From Amoeboaphelidium occidentale (Eukaryota): a stretch of 64,000 bases of DNA. Positions 1-11,441 of the stretch are shown here, in pieces (position 1 is the first letter of the stretch; each line of letters starts with the position of its first letter). Below the pieces are notes generated by a model. That model was given only the letters and a program-made list of their open reading frames with translations. It was not told the DNA's origin and did not search any database. The stretch is taken from the NCBI GenBank assembly GCA_023515795.1, contig JALGPX010000028.1, forward strand, positions 1-64,000, read 5' to 3'. Position numbers and translations under genes: made by a program.

Positions 1-268
1 TGTGAACGTGTTAAGTGTTATAGTACAGAACAGATTTCAACGAAGGATTCAAGGAAGTGTGTTAATTAAGATGTTTATTAACACGTTAAAGAAATCAATT
101 GAGCATCATTGTTTGTTGTTGTTTCCATATCGATGAGATATCCCAAAACGGAAGGAGACCGCACGTGATAGTCCAATAGAGGTGTTGAATTTTAACAACT
201 GCACAGATTGGGCCTATAGCACAGTTGGTAGTGTGTCTGCTTAGCGTGCAGAAGGTCCGGGGTTCAAT
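1..268. repeat. Near-identical duplicate of 313-581, including a truncated tRNA-Ala copy (210-268), ending at an N; probable assembly/haplotype artefact
   Basis: Matches 313-581 except for a 1-nt indel and one substitution; N at 269. Confidence 0.85.
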
Positions 269-522
269 NAACGAATATGGAATTCATAGTCGTTGAAAGT
301 CGGAGTACTCATTGTGAACGTGTTAAGTGTTATAGTACAGAACAGATTTCAACGAAGGATTCAAGGAAGTGTGTTAATTAAGATGTTTTATTAACACGTT
401 AAAGAAATCAATTGAGCATCATTGTTTGTTGTTGTTTCCATATCGATGAGATATCCCAAAACGGAAGGAGACCGCACGTGATAGTCCAATAGAGGTGTTG
501 AATTATAACAACTGCACAGATT

Positions 523-595
523 GGGCCTATAGCACAGTTGGTAGTGTGTCTGCTTAGCGTGCAGAAGGTCCGGGGTTCAATTCCCTGTGGGTCCA
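523..595 (+). tRNA. tRNA-Ala (anticodon AGC)
   Basis: Cloverleaf GGGCCTA...TGGGTCCA, anticodon arm TCTGC-TTAGCGT-GCAGA, T-loop GGTTCAATTCC, followed by an oligo-T Pol III terminator. Confidence 0.95.
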
Positions 596-606
596 AGTTT
601 TTTGAG

Positions 607-676
607 TGAGTCAGCGTTAAATTTTTGGTCGCACTAGTGAATCATCGCTTCAGTGAATATATTCTCTAGTGACTCA
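607..676. promoter_or_regulatory. AP-1/Gcn4-type bZIP sites (TGAGTCA 607-613, TGACTCA 670-676) upstream of orphan gene 1
   Basis: Exact consensus matches; an equivalent TGACTCA (1414-1420) lies at nearly the same distance upstream of the paralog. Confidence 0.4.
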
Positions 677-716
677 CTGCAAAACATTCTTTTCTTCCTA
701 CTTTTGATTTTCCATA

Positions 717-1091
717 ATGGGCATTCAGTACGACGCTACGCTATACTATGGCATCAGATTTGGTTTGGAAGATTTGAAGCATTTGAAAACTAATCCGTTG
801 GTGCTCGAGAAACCTGGGGTTGATTTTGAAGATTGTCTTCTTGAATACTGGTACGGTGAAATTGAAGGAGTTTTCTTGGCAACAGAATCACCGTTTTATG
901 ATTGTGGTGCGGAGAGTAGGGAATTCTATGTTGCTTCGCCTGCGCACAAGACTTCTGATTGCTTTACTAAAGAAGAGATTCAGGCTGCTCTAAAAGATGA
1001 TAAATTCATTGACAGCCTAAAGAGCTTCTGCAAAAAATTTGGTTTGAAGTACCAGGAGCCTAAACTTTACGTCTCCATGGACGTTTGTTGA
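717..1091 (+). CDS. Uncharacterised 124-aa protein, tandem paralog 1
   Basis: Intronless ORF; aligns without gaps to 1459-1833 (MGIxYDA..YG, HLKTNP, WYGE.EGV, SP(F/Y)xD, FIxSLKxFCxKFGL). Confidence 0.85.
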   Translation: MGIQYDATLYYGIRFGLEDLKHLKTNPLVLEKPGVDFEDCLLEYWYGEIEGVFLATESPFYDCGAESREFYVASPAHKTSDCFTKEEIQAALKDDKFIDSLKSFCKKFGLKYQEPKLYVSMDVC

Positions 1092-1458
1092 TTGCCAGCT
1101 CATATGAAACGCGAATTTGAAGAATCATCTGCGATTTCTCTGTTTCAGTCAATAAATCATACATTTTTTGGCTCCCAGCTTCTTTCAGGTATCCGTAACT
1201 GAACATTCTGTGAAATATTTTTAGGTAAAGTAGGACAGATCCGAATGGATGACTAAGAGCAGCGCTTATCTTATAAAAACTGCACACCGTGCCTCGAACC
1301 TTTTCTTAATTTGTTTCAACCAGTTTACAAGTGCGCCTTACATCCCCTTTAATATCTTGCGGTGATGAGGTTTTTGGCTTCGAGCGCTTTGGTTTTGTTA
1401 ACGATCTCTATGGTGACTCATCACTCTGCCATTTTTGTTTTAACTCTGATTTTCCTTA

Positions 1459-1833
1459 ATGGGCATCGACTACGATGCGAAGTTTCTGTACGGTGTCAAA
1501 TTCACTTTCAAAGAAATCGAGCATTTGAAAACAAATCCGGTTGTAGTTGAAGAACCTGGAGACGATTTTGGATTTTCTCTTTCGGAGTTCTGGTATGGGG
1601 AATTTGAGGGTGTTCACCTTTCGACAGGGTCGCCATATTTTGATAGTAGCAAGGAAGATCGTGGCTTTTATGTTTCATCGCCCAAGCAGAAAGATTTTGA
1701 GTGTATGGACAAGGCAGATTTTATGGAGGTTTTGAATGATGACGAATTCATTAAAAGTCTCAAGAGATTCTGCGATAAATTTGGCCTGGACTGTAAACAA
1801 CCACAAGTTCACTCCGTTTTAAATATCTGGTGA
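1459..1833 (+). CDS. Uncharacterised 124-aa protein, tandem paralog 2
   Basis: Same length and shared motifs as 717-1091; reading frame preserved despite divergence. Confidence 0.85.
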   Translation: MGIDYDAKFLYGVKFTFKEIEHLKTNPVVVEEPGDDFGFSLSEFWYGEFEGVHLSTGSPYFDSSKEDRGFYVSSPKQKDFECMDKADFMEVLNDDEFIKSLKRFCDKFGLDCKQPQVHSVLNIW

Positions 1834-2168
1834 TAGCGAGCTCTTCTGAAACCGCGATTGTTTGAATCATCGCCACGCAAATTGAGTTTCATTTAATAAA
1901 TCATAATGAAGCATTTTACGCAATTAGTAAGACTTGATCTATGTAACTGCTTACTTTAAAGAGATCTGTAGTTACCAGAACAGGAACTAATGCTGATATT
2001 CCGTCTGGGGCAAGTAAGCAGCCGACGTTTTGGGCAGCTGTCATTGCGGGAGGAGCGATATCATACTATTTTGTTCGCAACTACTTTCAGACATCCACAG
2101 CAGAACATTCTAAAGAGGAAATTAAGAAAAAGGCAAACTAAAATAAATAAAGGTTTTAGGGAATCAGT

Positions 2169-3254
2169 TTATTGCAAATTGTGCACCGTGTCTTGTATCT
2201 TCTTTAAATTTGCGTCAGCAATTTCATGACAACGTTTTGCGCCATCTTCAAGGACCCTTTTCAAGTGCTGCTGGTCAGAGATCAGAAGGGTATACTCTTT
2301 CTGTATTGGTTTCACATGTTCTGTGATTGCTTCTGCAACAACTGTTTTAAAATGACTCGTGCTTGAACGACCAAACTCATTATTAATCTCTTTTATACTT
2401 TTACCGGAAACAGCAGCATAAATATCAATGAGATTACTTACAGCGGGTCTTGCTTCGACATCATACCAAATGCCATCGATCGAATCAGTAACACTTCGCT
2501 TGATTTTAAGATGTATTGCGTCTGGATGATCATTAAGCTGAATTCGAGATAATTCATCAGGAGAGCTTTTTGACATTTTCTTTAAGGGATCTCGTAAGTC
2601 CTGAACTCTTGGCGTGTTTGAATAAAGAGGTGTTGGAGGATGTAACAGATTCTTTTTGTAAAACTTGTTAAAATTATCTGCGATATCTCTCGTGAGTTCT
2701 AGATGCTGCTTCTGGTCAACACCTACAGGTACGTATTCAGCACCATACAAAAGAATATCAGCAGCCTGCAGCACAGGATAAGAGAATAAACCCAAATTAC
2801 TTCCCATTCCATGTTTTGGAGAGCTCTTTGATTTGCTCTTCCATTGTGTCATTCTATTCAAGTAGCCAAAACTTGCAAAGCACGACAAATACCACGCTAA
2901 TTGGGCATGTTGAGGAACCATTGATTGAAGGTAAAGCGTGCTCTTACTCTGATTTAATCCACAAGCCAACAACACGGCGCAAGATTTTAAAGTATTTTCC
3001 CGAAGCACTGCAGGATCTGGTCTAATTGTGAGTGAATGCAGGTCCACCAGACAAAAGATATTCTGAGTGACACGATCAGTAGCATTTAATTCCATCGAAT
3101 TATCATCTCCAATATCATTTTGTAAGTGCACCCACTGTTTAATAGATCCAAGATAATTGCCCAGATGAGGTATACCAGTTGGTTGAATGCCAGAGAACAC
3201 ACGTCCTGCTTTTAAAATTGACATTCTGGAAAGTTGAAAGAATCTTTTCCACAA
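2169..3254 (-). CDS. MSW1: Mitochondrial (bacterial-type) tryptophanyl-tRNA synthetase; start is TTG 3254 or ATG 3224
   Basis: FSGIQPTGIPHLGNYLG (HIGH-like), YPVLQAADILLY, VPVGVDQKQHLE, KKMSKS. Confidence 0.95.
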   Translation of the reverse strand: MWKRFFQLSRMSILKAGRVFSGIQPTGIPHLGNYLGSIKQWVHLQNDIGDDNSMELNATDRVTQNIFCLVDLHSLTIRPDPAVLRENTLKSCAVLLACGLNQSKSTLYLQSMVPQHAQLAWYLSCFASFGYLNRMTQWKSKSKSSPKHGMGSNLGLFSYPVLQAADILLYGAEYVPVGVDQKQHLELTRDIADNFNKFYKKNLLHPPTPLYSNTPRVQDLRDPLKKMSKSSPDELSRIQLNDHPDAIHLKIKRSVTDSIDGIWYDVEARPAVSNLIDIYAAVSGKSIKEINNEFGRSSTSHFKTVVAEAITEHVKPIQKEYTLLISDQQHLKRVLEDGAKRCHEIADANLKKIQDTVHNLQ

Positions 3255-3264
3255 TTTCTTTTTG

Positions 3265-3663
3265 ATGCCGAAATACTACTGCGACTATTGCGATATTTAT
3301 TTAACTCATGACGCTCGAAAGGTTATACGAGACCATAACGATGGATGGAAGCACAAGAATCAAGTAAGAGAATATTATGCAACCTTTGCAAGGGAACAAA
3401 TGCAGAGTATGATTGATCGGATGACTTTGCCTGGAGGCTTCAGACCAGTTGGGCCTCCTCCCCCTCTGTCAGCCGGTGGTGGTGTTGGTATGCCTCCTGG
3501 TGCAGCTGGATTCCCTCGGCCTCCAATGCCTCCACCGCCTCGCCCTGGTCAAATGCCTCCAAATTTCAATCTTCCAGGCGGTATGCCTTTCCCTGGACCC
3601 CCTCCTCAGAGACCACCGTTCTTTAATGGAAGGCCCCCACCCCCACCACCGCAACGGAATTAG
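3265..3663 (+). CDS. SNRPC: U1 snRNP protein C
   Basis: MPKYYCDYCDIYLTHD...H..G.KH zinc finger followed by a Pro/Gly/Met-rich tail. Confidence 0.95.
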   Translation: MPKYYCDYCDIYLTHDARKVIRDHNDGWKHKNQVREYYATFAREQMQSMIDRMTLPGGFRPVGPPPPLSAGGGVGMPPGAAGFPRPPMPPPPRPGQMPPNFNLPGGMPFPGPPPQRPPFFNGRPPPPPPQRN

Positions 3664-3862
3664 TTTTAACTGATAAATTGTTTAAAACGGAGACATTTCT
3701 CTAATTATAAAAGCATTAATAAATGATTTACGGTACAGCAAGCAGGGCTATGGAAAATATCAGCGGAAAGTGTCACATAAGGATTATATAGTGACTTTAA
3801 AGCGATAAGCATACAATTCAAAGCCAAACTAAAAAAGAAAAGCTCGAAAAACAAAAACAGGA

Positions 3863-3963
3863 CGTCAACAAGCGGATTTGAACCGCTGCGGGAAAATCCC
3901 AATAGATGATTAGACAGCTGAAGCTATTCAAATCTATCGCCTTAACCGCTCGGCCATATTGAC
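3863..3963 (-). tRNA. tRNA-Ser (anticodon TGA) with a 19-nt intron (3908-3926)
   Basis: GTCAATATGGCCGAGCGGTTAAGGCG, ATAGA-TT-TGA-A[intron]A-TCTAT, long variable arm, GGTTCAAATCC, downstream T-runs. Confidence 0.92.
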
Positions 3964-4129
3964 TTGTTATAATGAAAATTCCATCTGAGTTTATAATCAT
4001 ATTTTACTTTGACTGAGACATATAGTGTTGCCTTCAAACTCCTACTACACAAACTCCCTTTTAAATATCATACAAATCTACCTCAGTTGATCGAGACTGC
4101 ATCGTGTGTTCCCCACTTTTGACTCTTTA

Positions 4130-5380
4130 ATGCTGATCAGATTAAATTCCCACAGATTATCGCTTGTGCGTTCTACTGCGCCTTCACAACTCAGAAAGTT
4201 TCATGTGCTCAGCCCTGAGTTGTCTGAGCTCAGAGAGAATGTAAGAGACTTTTGCGCAAAGGAACTCAGTCCAAGAGCAGATGCTGTCGATAAGGACAAT
4301 AAGTTTCCAATGGACATGTGGAAGAAGTTTGGTGATATGGGGCTTTTGGGCTTAACTGTTCCAGAAAATAATGGAGGCTTAGGAATGGGTTACTTGGCTC
4401 ATGTTATTGCGATGGAAGAGATATCAAGGGCTTCTGGCTCTGTGGCTTTAGCTTATGGTGCTCATTCGAACTTGTGTGTTAACCAGATAGCAAGGAATGG
4501 TAATGATGCTCAGAAGGAGAAGTATTTGCCAAAGTTGATATCTGGTGAACATGTCGGTGCATTGGCCATGAGTGAAGCTGGATCAGGTTCAGATGTTGTT
4601 TCGATGCAGTTGAAGGCTGAAAAGAAGGGCGATTATTACGTTTTAAATGGAACCAAATTCTGGATTACTAATGGTCCTCACGCTGATACTCTAGTTGTCT
4701 ATGCTAAAACTGATTTAAATGCCGGACCTCGTGGAATCACTGCTTTCCTGATTGAAAAAGGTTTCGATGGTTTCAGCACTTCTCAAAAGTTGGATAAGTT
4801 GGGAATGAGAGGCTCAGATACTTGTGAGTTGGTGTTTGAGAACTGTAAAGTTCCAGCAAAGAACATTCTGGGAAAGGAGAATAAGGGCGTTTACGTTTTG
4901 ATGAGCGGTTTGGATTTGGAAAGATTAGTTTTGGCTGCTGGTCCTTTGGGTCTGATGCAAGCTGCTTTGGATATTGTCTTACCTTACGTTCACGAGAGGA
5001 AGCAATTCGGAAAGCCTATCGGAGAATTCCAGTTAGTTCAAGCAAAAGTTGCAGACATGTACACCAAGTTGAATGCAAGTCGTTCTTATGTCTATTCAGT
5101 TGCATCTGCTATTGATAAGCTTCCAAAGACATCAGCTGATTCTGGTGATCGTTACAAAGAATTCAGGAAAGATTGTGCTGGTGTTATTTTGTATGCTGCC
5201 GAACGAGCTACAGAGTGTGCATTAGATGCCATTCAGTGTCTTGGTGGAAATGGTTACATTAACGACTATCCAACTGGAAGGATTTTGAGAGATGCTAAAT
5301 TGTATGAAATCGGCGCTGGTACATCTGAAATTAGAAGAATGCTAATTGGAAGAGAGTTCAACTTGGCTTACGCACAATAA
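4130..5380 (+). CDS. IVD: Isovaleryl-CoA dehydrogenase, mitochondrial
   Basis: Acyl-CoA dehydrogenase motifs [46 protein letters not shown]; Arg/Ser-rich presequence; first ATG at 4130. Confidence 0.95.
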   Translation: MLIRLNSHRLSLVRSTAPSQLRKFHVLSPELSELRENVRDFCAKELSPRADAVDKDNKFPMDMWKKFGDMGLLGLTVPENNGGLGMGYLAHVIAMEEISRASGSVALAYGAHSNLCVNQIARNGNDAQKEKYLPKLISGEHVGALAMSEAGSGSDVVSMQLKAEKKGDYYVLNGTKFWITNGPHADTLVVYAKTDLNAGPRGITAFLIEKGFDGFSTSQKLDKLGMRGSDTCELVFENCKVPAKNILGKENKGVYVLMSGLDLERLVLAAGPLGLMQAALDIVLPYVHERKQFGKPIGEFQLVQAKVADMYTKLNASRSYVYSVASAIDKLPKTSADSGDRYKEFRKDCAGVILYAAERATECALDAIQCLGGNGYINDYPTGRILRDAKLYEIGAGTSEIRRMLIGREFNLAYAQ

Positions 5381-5402
5381 AGGCTCCTTTTATTCTCGAT
5401 TT

Positions 5403-6868
5403 TTAGATTTTAGCGTTTCCGCCACCATTGGAAAGCAAATTTTCAAGTTGCAATTCCAATTGTCTAATCCTAACATCTTTCTGAGCAAGTTCATTCTTCA
5501 AACCATCGTTTTCCTTGCGTAAACTGTGGAAAGCATCCTGATACTCTCTTTCGTTTGCAGGGTTCTTCAATGGATCACGAACCTCATTGGAAGCTACAGG
5601 AGCCTCAGTGACAAAATCCTTCTTTGCAGAAGCTTGGAATCCCTTCTCTAAGCTGACCAACTTTGGCTTAGCATTGTTTCCTTCGAACCATTCTGCAGAA
5701 GTCATTGCAGGTATGTCACCAACGGTATCAGGGAAAATATCAGCCTGGAATTGATCAGATTTACGAGGAACCTTGAAAGAAATTGGTTCAACACGATCAG
5801 GATGAACTTTGAACACGCGCGCAACTTCACAGTCGCTAATTGAACATGCACGCTTAGGCAAGAAAGCAATGCCTCTTTGAGGATCGGAGGATTTGTACTC
5901 AGACAAGACATGCAAGTAAGGAGCCTCATCAACAAATTCCCAGTAACGAATGTTTCCGTCACCTTTTCCAGCCAAGTACAACATCTTGGTGTCATTGTCA
6001 AAGTGAGGAATCAAACCTCCAGAGGCAGTGTCCAAGTTCTCGCACTTGAGTGGCTCAGTCATGTTCTTGGCATCCCAAATCATGTACTGTCTATCAGAAG
6101 TCTTTGAGAAACCAGTTGTCAAGATGCGATCACTGTCGCCCAACCAGCAGACTCTTGTTCCTTTGATACCTTGGTGAGTGTTAGCTTCCTGAACAATCTT
6201 GTTGGCACGAGGATCGATCAATCTGATCTTCTTGTCCTTGCAAGTGGTAGCAATCAATGAGCCATCATAACTCCAAGTGATGGAGTTGACGATGTCCATG
6301 TGACCAGTGATATCTTGCTTCTCGACACCCTTCTGCAAATCGTACAACTTAATGACCAAATCAGCACCAGAACTCAACATGACATTCTCAGCAGAAGGAT
6401 GAAACAAAACATGGCCAACTTTTCTTGTGTGCTTATCGAAGCTCAATACAGGAGTATTCAAGTTCTCAGTCAAGCCCTTCTCTGGAATAGACCAGATCAT
6501 AACCTTGCAATCTTCAGCACAAGAAGCAACAATGTAGTCATTGTAAGGATTCCAGTCGGTATCCAAGACAGCCCCAGTGTGTCCAGTAACAAGAGGCATA
6601 TCGTTTGGCAACTTTCCAACTTGATCATGAGCCAAAACAGCAAATTGACCACCACCGCCGGCTTCCAAGTTGACAGAGATGAACTTTGGGTTGGCCTTGC
6701 AGAGATTGGTATCCCAGGCATTACGAGTGACTCTTAGATTCTCATAGCATTGCTCACGCTTGGCTGATGTACCAAAGACATGACCTTTAGAAAGAGAGTT
6801 AATCAATCCATTCAAGAGACAGCTCAAGGGGACTTACGATATTTAGAAGCTCTTACAAACTTTGACAT
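5403..6868 (-). CDS. CRN1: Coronin (intron 6785-6837)
   Basis: Spliced N-terminus MSKFVRASKYRHVFG, WD40 repeats, GKGDGNIRYWE, VPRKSDQFQADIFP, C-terminal coiled coil. Confidence 0.95.
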
Positions 6869-7005
6869 TCTGAAATCTTTTCAAGTGTAGCAAAAGAGAA
6901 AGCGATCGCAGATTTTCTTTTGGTTTGACGGAAATCTGTTGTTTCAGCCACGATTTGATGCACGCCGCTTATTTTTGCAGGTGCACAACGCTTTTAAAGA
7001 GTCTA

Positions 7006-7539
7006 TTAAACGCTTGTCTTTTCCTTATTCATTTCATAAATCATTCTTTCCCATTCGCGCTTAACAGTTTTCTTTTCAACAAGTTCGTACTTCTTATGGA
7101 TTGCCAAATAGTCGTCTGGTTTGTATCGCTCGACTTTGATCATCTTCTTGCTCTTGTGCTTATTGTAGAACTGTACCAGCTCCTCCTCGAAATCATTCCG
7201 TTTGATAGTTTTGACGCTAGCAGGTTGAAACAGACCATCCTGATCAGAAGTTCGACTTCGTTTCCGAGTAGCGTACTGACGAATATTCGGTTCCGAGACA
7301 GCCCTTTTAGTAGCAAAATCATCTGAATTTCGTTTTTCCGGAGTTGAAAATGTGCTTTGGCTAAACGAGTTGCTTTTACTCAAGTTTATAAGTGGCTCAA
7401 ATAGTTCCATGCTGCGCCGTAACATCCAGCCCTTAGCAATACTGATGCTGCCTTTTATCCTGTCTAGCGGGGAGTTAGGGGCTATTAAGGGCTCATTGGT
7501 CGTAGTCGCATTCCTTTTCTTTCTAGCTCTCCCAGTCAT
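7006..7539 (-). CDS. Hypothetical basic protein (177 aa)
   Basis: ATG-initiated ORF filling the gap between known genes; no family recognised. Confidence 0.55.
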   Translation of the reverse strand: MTGRARKKRNATTTNEPLIAPNSPLDRIKGSISIAKGWMLRRSMELFEPLINLSKSNSFSQSTFSTPEKRNSDDFATKRAVSEPNIRQYATRKRSRTSDQDGLFQPASVKTIKRNDFEEELVQFYNKHKSKKMIKVERYKPDDYLAIHKKYELVEKKTVKREWERMIYEMNKEKTSV

Positions 7540-7648
7540 CTAAGTCAATTGAAACTTTGGCTTGCGATCAGGTCTCGATTTCTCAAAACATTTCCACGCA
7601 ACGGATTCCGAGATAACGAGTTTATTAGAGTCAATATAAGTATCGTAT

Positions 7649-8279
7649 TTATGGCTCAAAATCACTCTTCCGGAGATAATCCAACATTCCATCTGGCAAT
7701 AGAACTGATCCATCGTCTTGTAAGAGGTACCGAAAGGGCATATCAACATATTCCTTCTTTCCTATTTTTATAGATGGTCTGTCAGAGAACTTCAATTCAT
7801 CCATTCTCTTTTGATTATTAAGTATCAAATTCGATACGATTACAGCCGTATCTGCTGTCATTTGCGCTGGGCCTAAATTTACGCATCGTACGCCTTCGAC
7901 TCTCAGTGCAGACGTTCGATCGACCATGGGGCCCTCGAATTCGTCACATCCCAAAATTCCACCACAAACAAGCATCTCTAACTTTGGTGCATCTTCAGGT
8001 GATAGAATATCTTGACCGCATTGGTCCAATAGAGCAATCTTGGATAAAGCTACTCCGAGCTCTGTGTACTTTTTACTAGTGAACGCGACTCCTTTCAAGC
8101 TTTCTGGAACTTTTTGCTGTAGCTCTTCAGAAACATTAGTGATTACAAGATTCTCTGCACCAACGTGCTTCATCATATGCCTAACAGTTAATTGAATTAT
8201 TCACAGGCGTTCTTTACGTGTATTCTAAAATGCACCATTCATAGAGATCATCCTCCAAGTGTTCCACGACAAAAAGCAT
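7649..8279 (-). CDS. SFM1: SPOUT-family methyltransferase Sfm1/DUF431 (intron 8181-8217)
   Basis: Spliced start MLFVVEHLEDDLYEWCILEY, GGILG, LGPAQMTADTAV, MPFRY. Confidence 0.85.
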
Positions 8280-8361
8280 TCTTCGAAATTCAGAAGAGAA
8301 AATCTCAAAAATAGACGGAACCATTTGACTTTGAACAGTCACATTTCCAACATCTTTAGGC

Positions 8362-8808
8362 ATGATATCCAATGATACAAGCAAGAGGGAGCACAAAGAT
8401 CATATACCAGATCTCATAGAATCATTCAGACAAGTATCAGTTCTTGATAACGCAAAGACTTCAAAAGCATCAGCCTCAAAGTCGTCGCTAAGATATGAAA
8501 CACCTCCTGCATCACCTCGGAAATATAGGAGGACTAGAGATCTTCCATCTCCTATAAAGCCAGCATCTTTACTACTGGAGCGCAATCGGTGTGATATCAG
8601 AATACAGGAATTGGATCAGGAAATACAATGGGAAAAGACATGGCAAAAGATGGTCACCAATAAGACAAGGAAATGGAAGAGTAAAGCGACTGCAGAATTC
8701 ATAATGGAACAAAACGATCAGAACGTGCCTCAAGAAAGAAAGCAGGTCCTTTTTGATGATATGGAAGATTTGGAAGACAATCTTCGGACATTGGAAGTAA
8801 AAGACTAG
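8362..8808 (+). CDS. Hypothetical protein (148 aa)
   Basis: ATG ORF with TP/SP-rich middle and a coiled-coil-like part; no family recognised. Confidence 0.55.
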   Translation: MISNDTSKREHKDHIPDLIESFRQVSVLDNAKTSKASASKSSLRYETPPASPRKYRRTRDLPSPIKPASLLLERNRCDIRIQELDQEIQWEKTWQKMVTNKTRKWKSKATAEFIMEQNDQNVPQERKQVLFDDMEDLEDNLRTLEVKD

Positions 8809-8841
8809 CGAACGCCAGCAAGACAAATAGAAATATTTTGT

Positions 8842-11366
8842 TTAGAATACAAAGTCGTTCTCGGCATGCATAGCCCATTGAAACTTTTCCCTCAGAGTCT
8901 TTGGGAACATTTTCTCGATTGGAACTTCGTGAGATTTACACCACGCAACAGTTATTCTGGGATCAATGTAATTGATTTTGGAAGTTCCCAATGCTGTAGT
9001 CTTATTCTCGTCCTAAAGAATTCAGTTGAAGCTGTACGCAATAACTTTACCTTATCAGTCTTTTGAGTCTTTGCTGCAATTATCTTTTCGTCGATGCTAA
9101 TTAGCCGTTGTTCCAACTTCTCAACCGATAAAGATGAGATTTTGTCTTCTAGATACACGACAGTGGGTTTCTCTGGGTCCTCTTCTCCAGCTGCCTTGGC
9201 TTTCTCACACATTTTCTCGTATCGCTTCTCTAACTTTTCCCTCTCAAGCTCTTTCAGTTCTTCAGACTTCTTTTCAATCATCTCTTCATCTAGGTCAGAC
9301 TCATCTTCCAGCAATTCAGGCTGTTTTTTCTTCAGTTTCGGATCCGCATCAAGTAGGGCTTTCCTAATCAACATTCTCTCATACTTCAAAGCGTTGATCT
9401 TTCCGTCCAGCTTTTCCATTTGTGTACCATGAGCTTTTGAGACGGTACGCTGATGGTTACAAAGAATAGCAACTTGTCTGTTGGCCCTATTGTAAGCCAG
9501 AACTTTCTCTGCCACCGTGCCTTCCATTGGTGTCTTCTTCAGTTCTTCTTGAAAGGTAACAGATGCATTATGAGTACGAAAAACTTTTGCAGACAGGCCA
9601 GGCATAAGACTATTCAAGTACTTATTCACCGTCAATGTACTTAATCTGTCGAAAATAGGATCTCCGTCCTTCTTTGGAGGCCTTTTAAAGATCTTTAGAT
9701 TTTTCCATATGACAGGATCAACTTCAACCTTGTTGTAATATCTAATGGAATCTTTACCAAGAAAATCAAATATGACAAACTTTCTCGTCTCTGCGCCTTG
9801 CGATGCAGCAACAGTTCCATTTTCTGTTTGAGATGATTCTGGTTCAGTTAAAGTTCCGTTTTCTGCATTGGCTTCTTCTTCTTCCAATTGAACATGTTCC
9901 ATTCTCAAAGAACAACAACCAACAGTATCTGCTTCATCGTCACCTTTTTCATTACCAGCTCTCAAGGCCAACTTATCAATCAAGTACATCGCAGTTGCTC
10001 TTTGTCTTACAGCCATAACTTTATCTTTTAATTCTCTAGTATAGTTCTCTCTGATAATTGCAATATGCTTTTTCAACTCTCTAGCCTTTTCAAACTTCTT
10101 GAAATCACTCAGACCTTTGAACGTGGACGTTGCAGCAAACATCACATACTTTATGTTCCCATTCACATTTTCAGTCCATGTAGCCAACCATCCAACTTCG
10201 TTCAAATGCACAATGTTACCCCATTTATGGCCAGCTGGAGGTGGAGGCACAGGATCCTTTTCACCAATATTGATAGTAATATCTTCTGGATAAACTCTCT
10301 TCTTGAGTCTGCCTGTCTTTGGATGATCACCTCTTCCTCTGAATAGCCCTGGAGGTTCAATACGGAAATTACCAACCTTCTCTTTTCTTCCATCAACAAT
10401 AGCGAAACCATACTTCTCTTCAAGAGCCAACTTTTCTTCTTTTAGTTTCAGCTTCTCTTCTTTTGTCATGTTCTTCTTGCGCAATCTTTCTGCTTCGTAG
10501 TAATCATACAACCTTGAGAAATCGCATTTAGAGAACTCTTTAACAATCTTATAGTTTTCCTTGTCGAACTCTTTCAGTGTATCCCTGAAATCTTCAAAGA
10601 AATTCCTACAGAAAACTTCATTCTCTACGTATTGTGTCTTCAACATTTGCCCAAAGAAGCCTGCGACTTCTTCAGCTTCTTTAGAAAGTTTCAGTTCTTT
10701 GCCGTCATAAATCAGCGGAACATTAATCGGTTCGTATTCTTTCGGAAAGTGAACTCCACTGTGCTGCAGAGAATTCCATTTGACTTTTGAATGGATTAAT
10801 TCTTCATCTTCCCACCATTTGAATTCTTCTTCCTCTTCTGCTTCAGCCTCTGCCTCAGACGATGCCGGATTCTGTGAAGCTTCTGTACCATTCCCAGCTT
10901 TTGCTTTCTGTTTCTGTTTGTTATTGTTTGCAGCCTTCTTGCCCTTCTTTGGTTCAACTTCGACTTTCCTCTTCTTTTTGGTTTTCTTGGCTGTCGAAGT
11001 AGCAGCAGCTGTAGTCGTTGTTGTTGTTGTGGACGATGATATTTCCTTCAGCTTCTTTGCCAGTGGAACATCCTCCTCATCTTCGTCATCGCTATCTGAT
11101 GCGGCATCACCCTGAGCAGTCGATTCAACATTTGTGGATGTGACCATATCATCTTCTGAAGGCTCCGGCTTAGGCTTATCTTCTTTTTGCTCCATTTCCG
11201 TATCTGCTGCGTTTGATGGTTCCGGAACAGCTTTCTCTTTTACTTCAGCTTTCGGTGTCGCTTCTTGTGTGCTCTCATCAGAAGATTCTTCATCGGAAGA
11301 ATAAACAATCTTCTTTTTCTTTTTAACTTTTAAATCTCCTTCTGAAGCTCCGGAATTCCTTTTCAT
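8842..11366 (-). CDS. TOP1: DNA topoisomerase IB (intron 9013-9050)
   Basis: [48 protein letters not shown]; last exon has [13 protein letters not shown] with the catalytic Tyr. Confidence 0.97.
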
Positions 11367-11441
11367 TTTCAGCTGGCGGCGGTGTCGAAGTTTTCTGTTG
11401 GTTTCCGTGCTTTCTTTTCAAACAACAATTTTTTTCCCGTG

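Noticed and set aside
210..268. Second tRNA-Ala gene
   Set aside because: Truncated at an N inside a near-identical duplicate block; most likely an assembly overlap.
317..400. 10-bp inverted repeat AACGTGTTAA...TTAACACGTT as a MITE
   Set aside because: Short, AT-rich and with no clear TSD; not enough support.
8952..9050. TOP1 apparently lacking its catalytic tyrosine in the ORF track
   Set aside because: A 38-nt intron (9013-9050) restores the SKINYIDPR exon.
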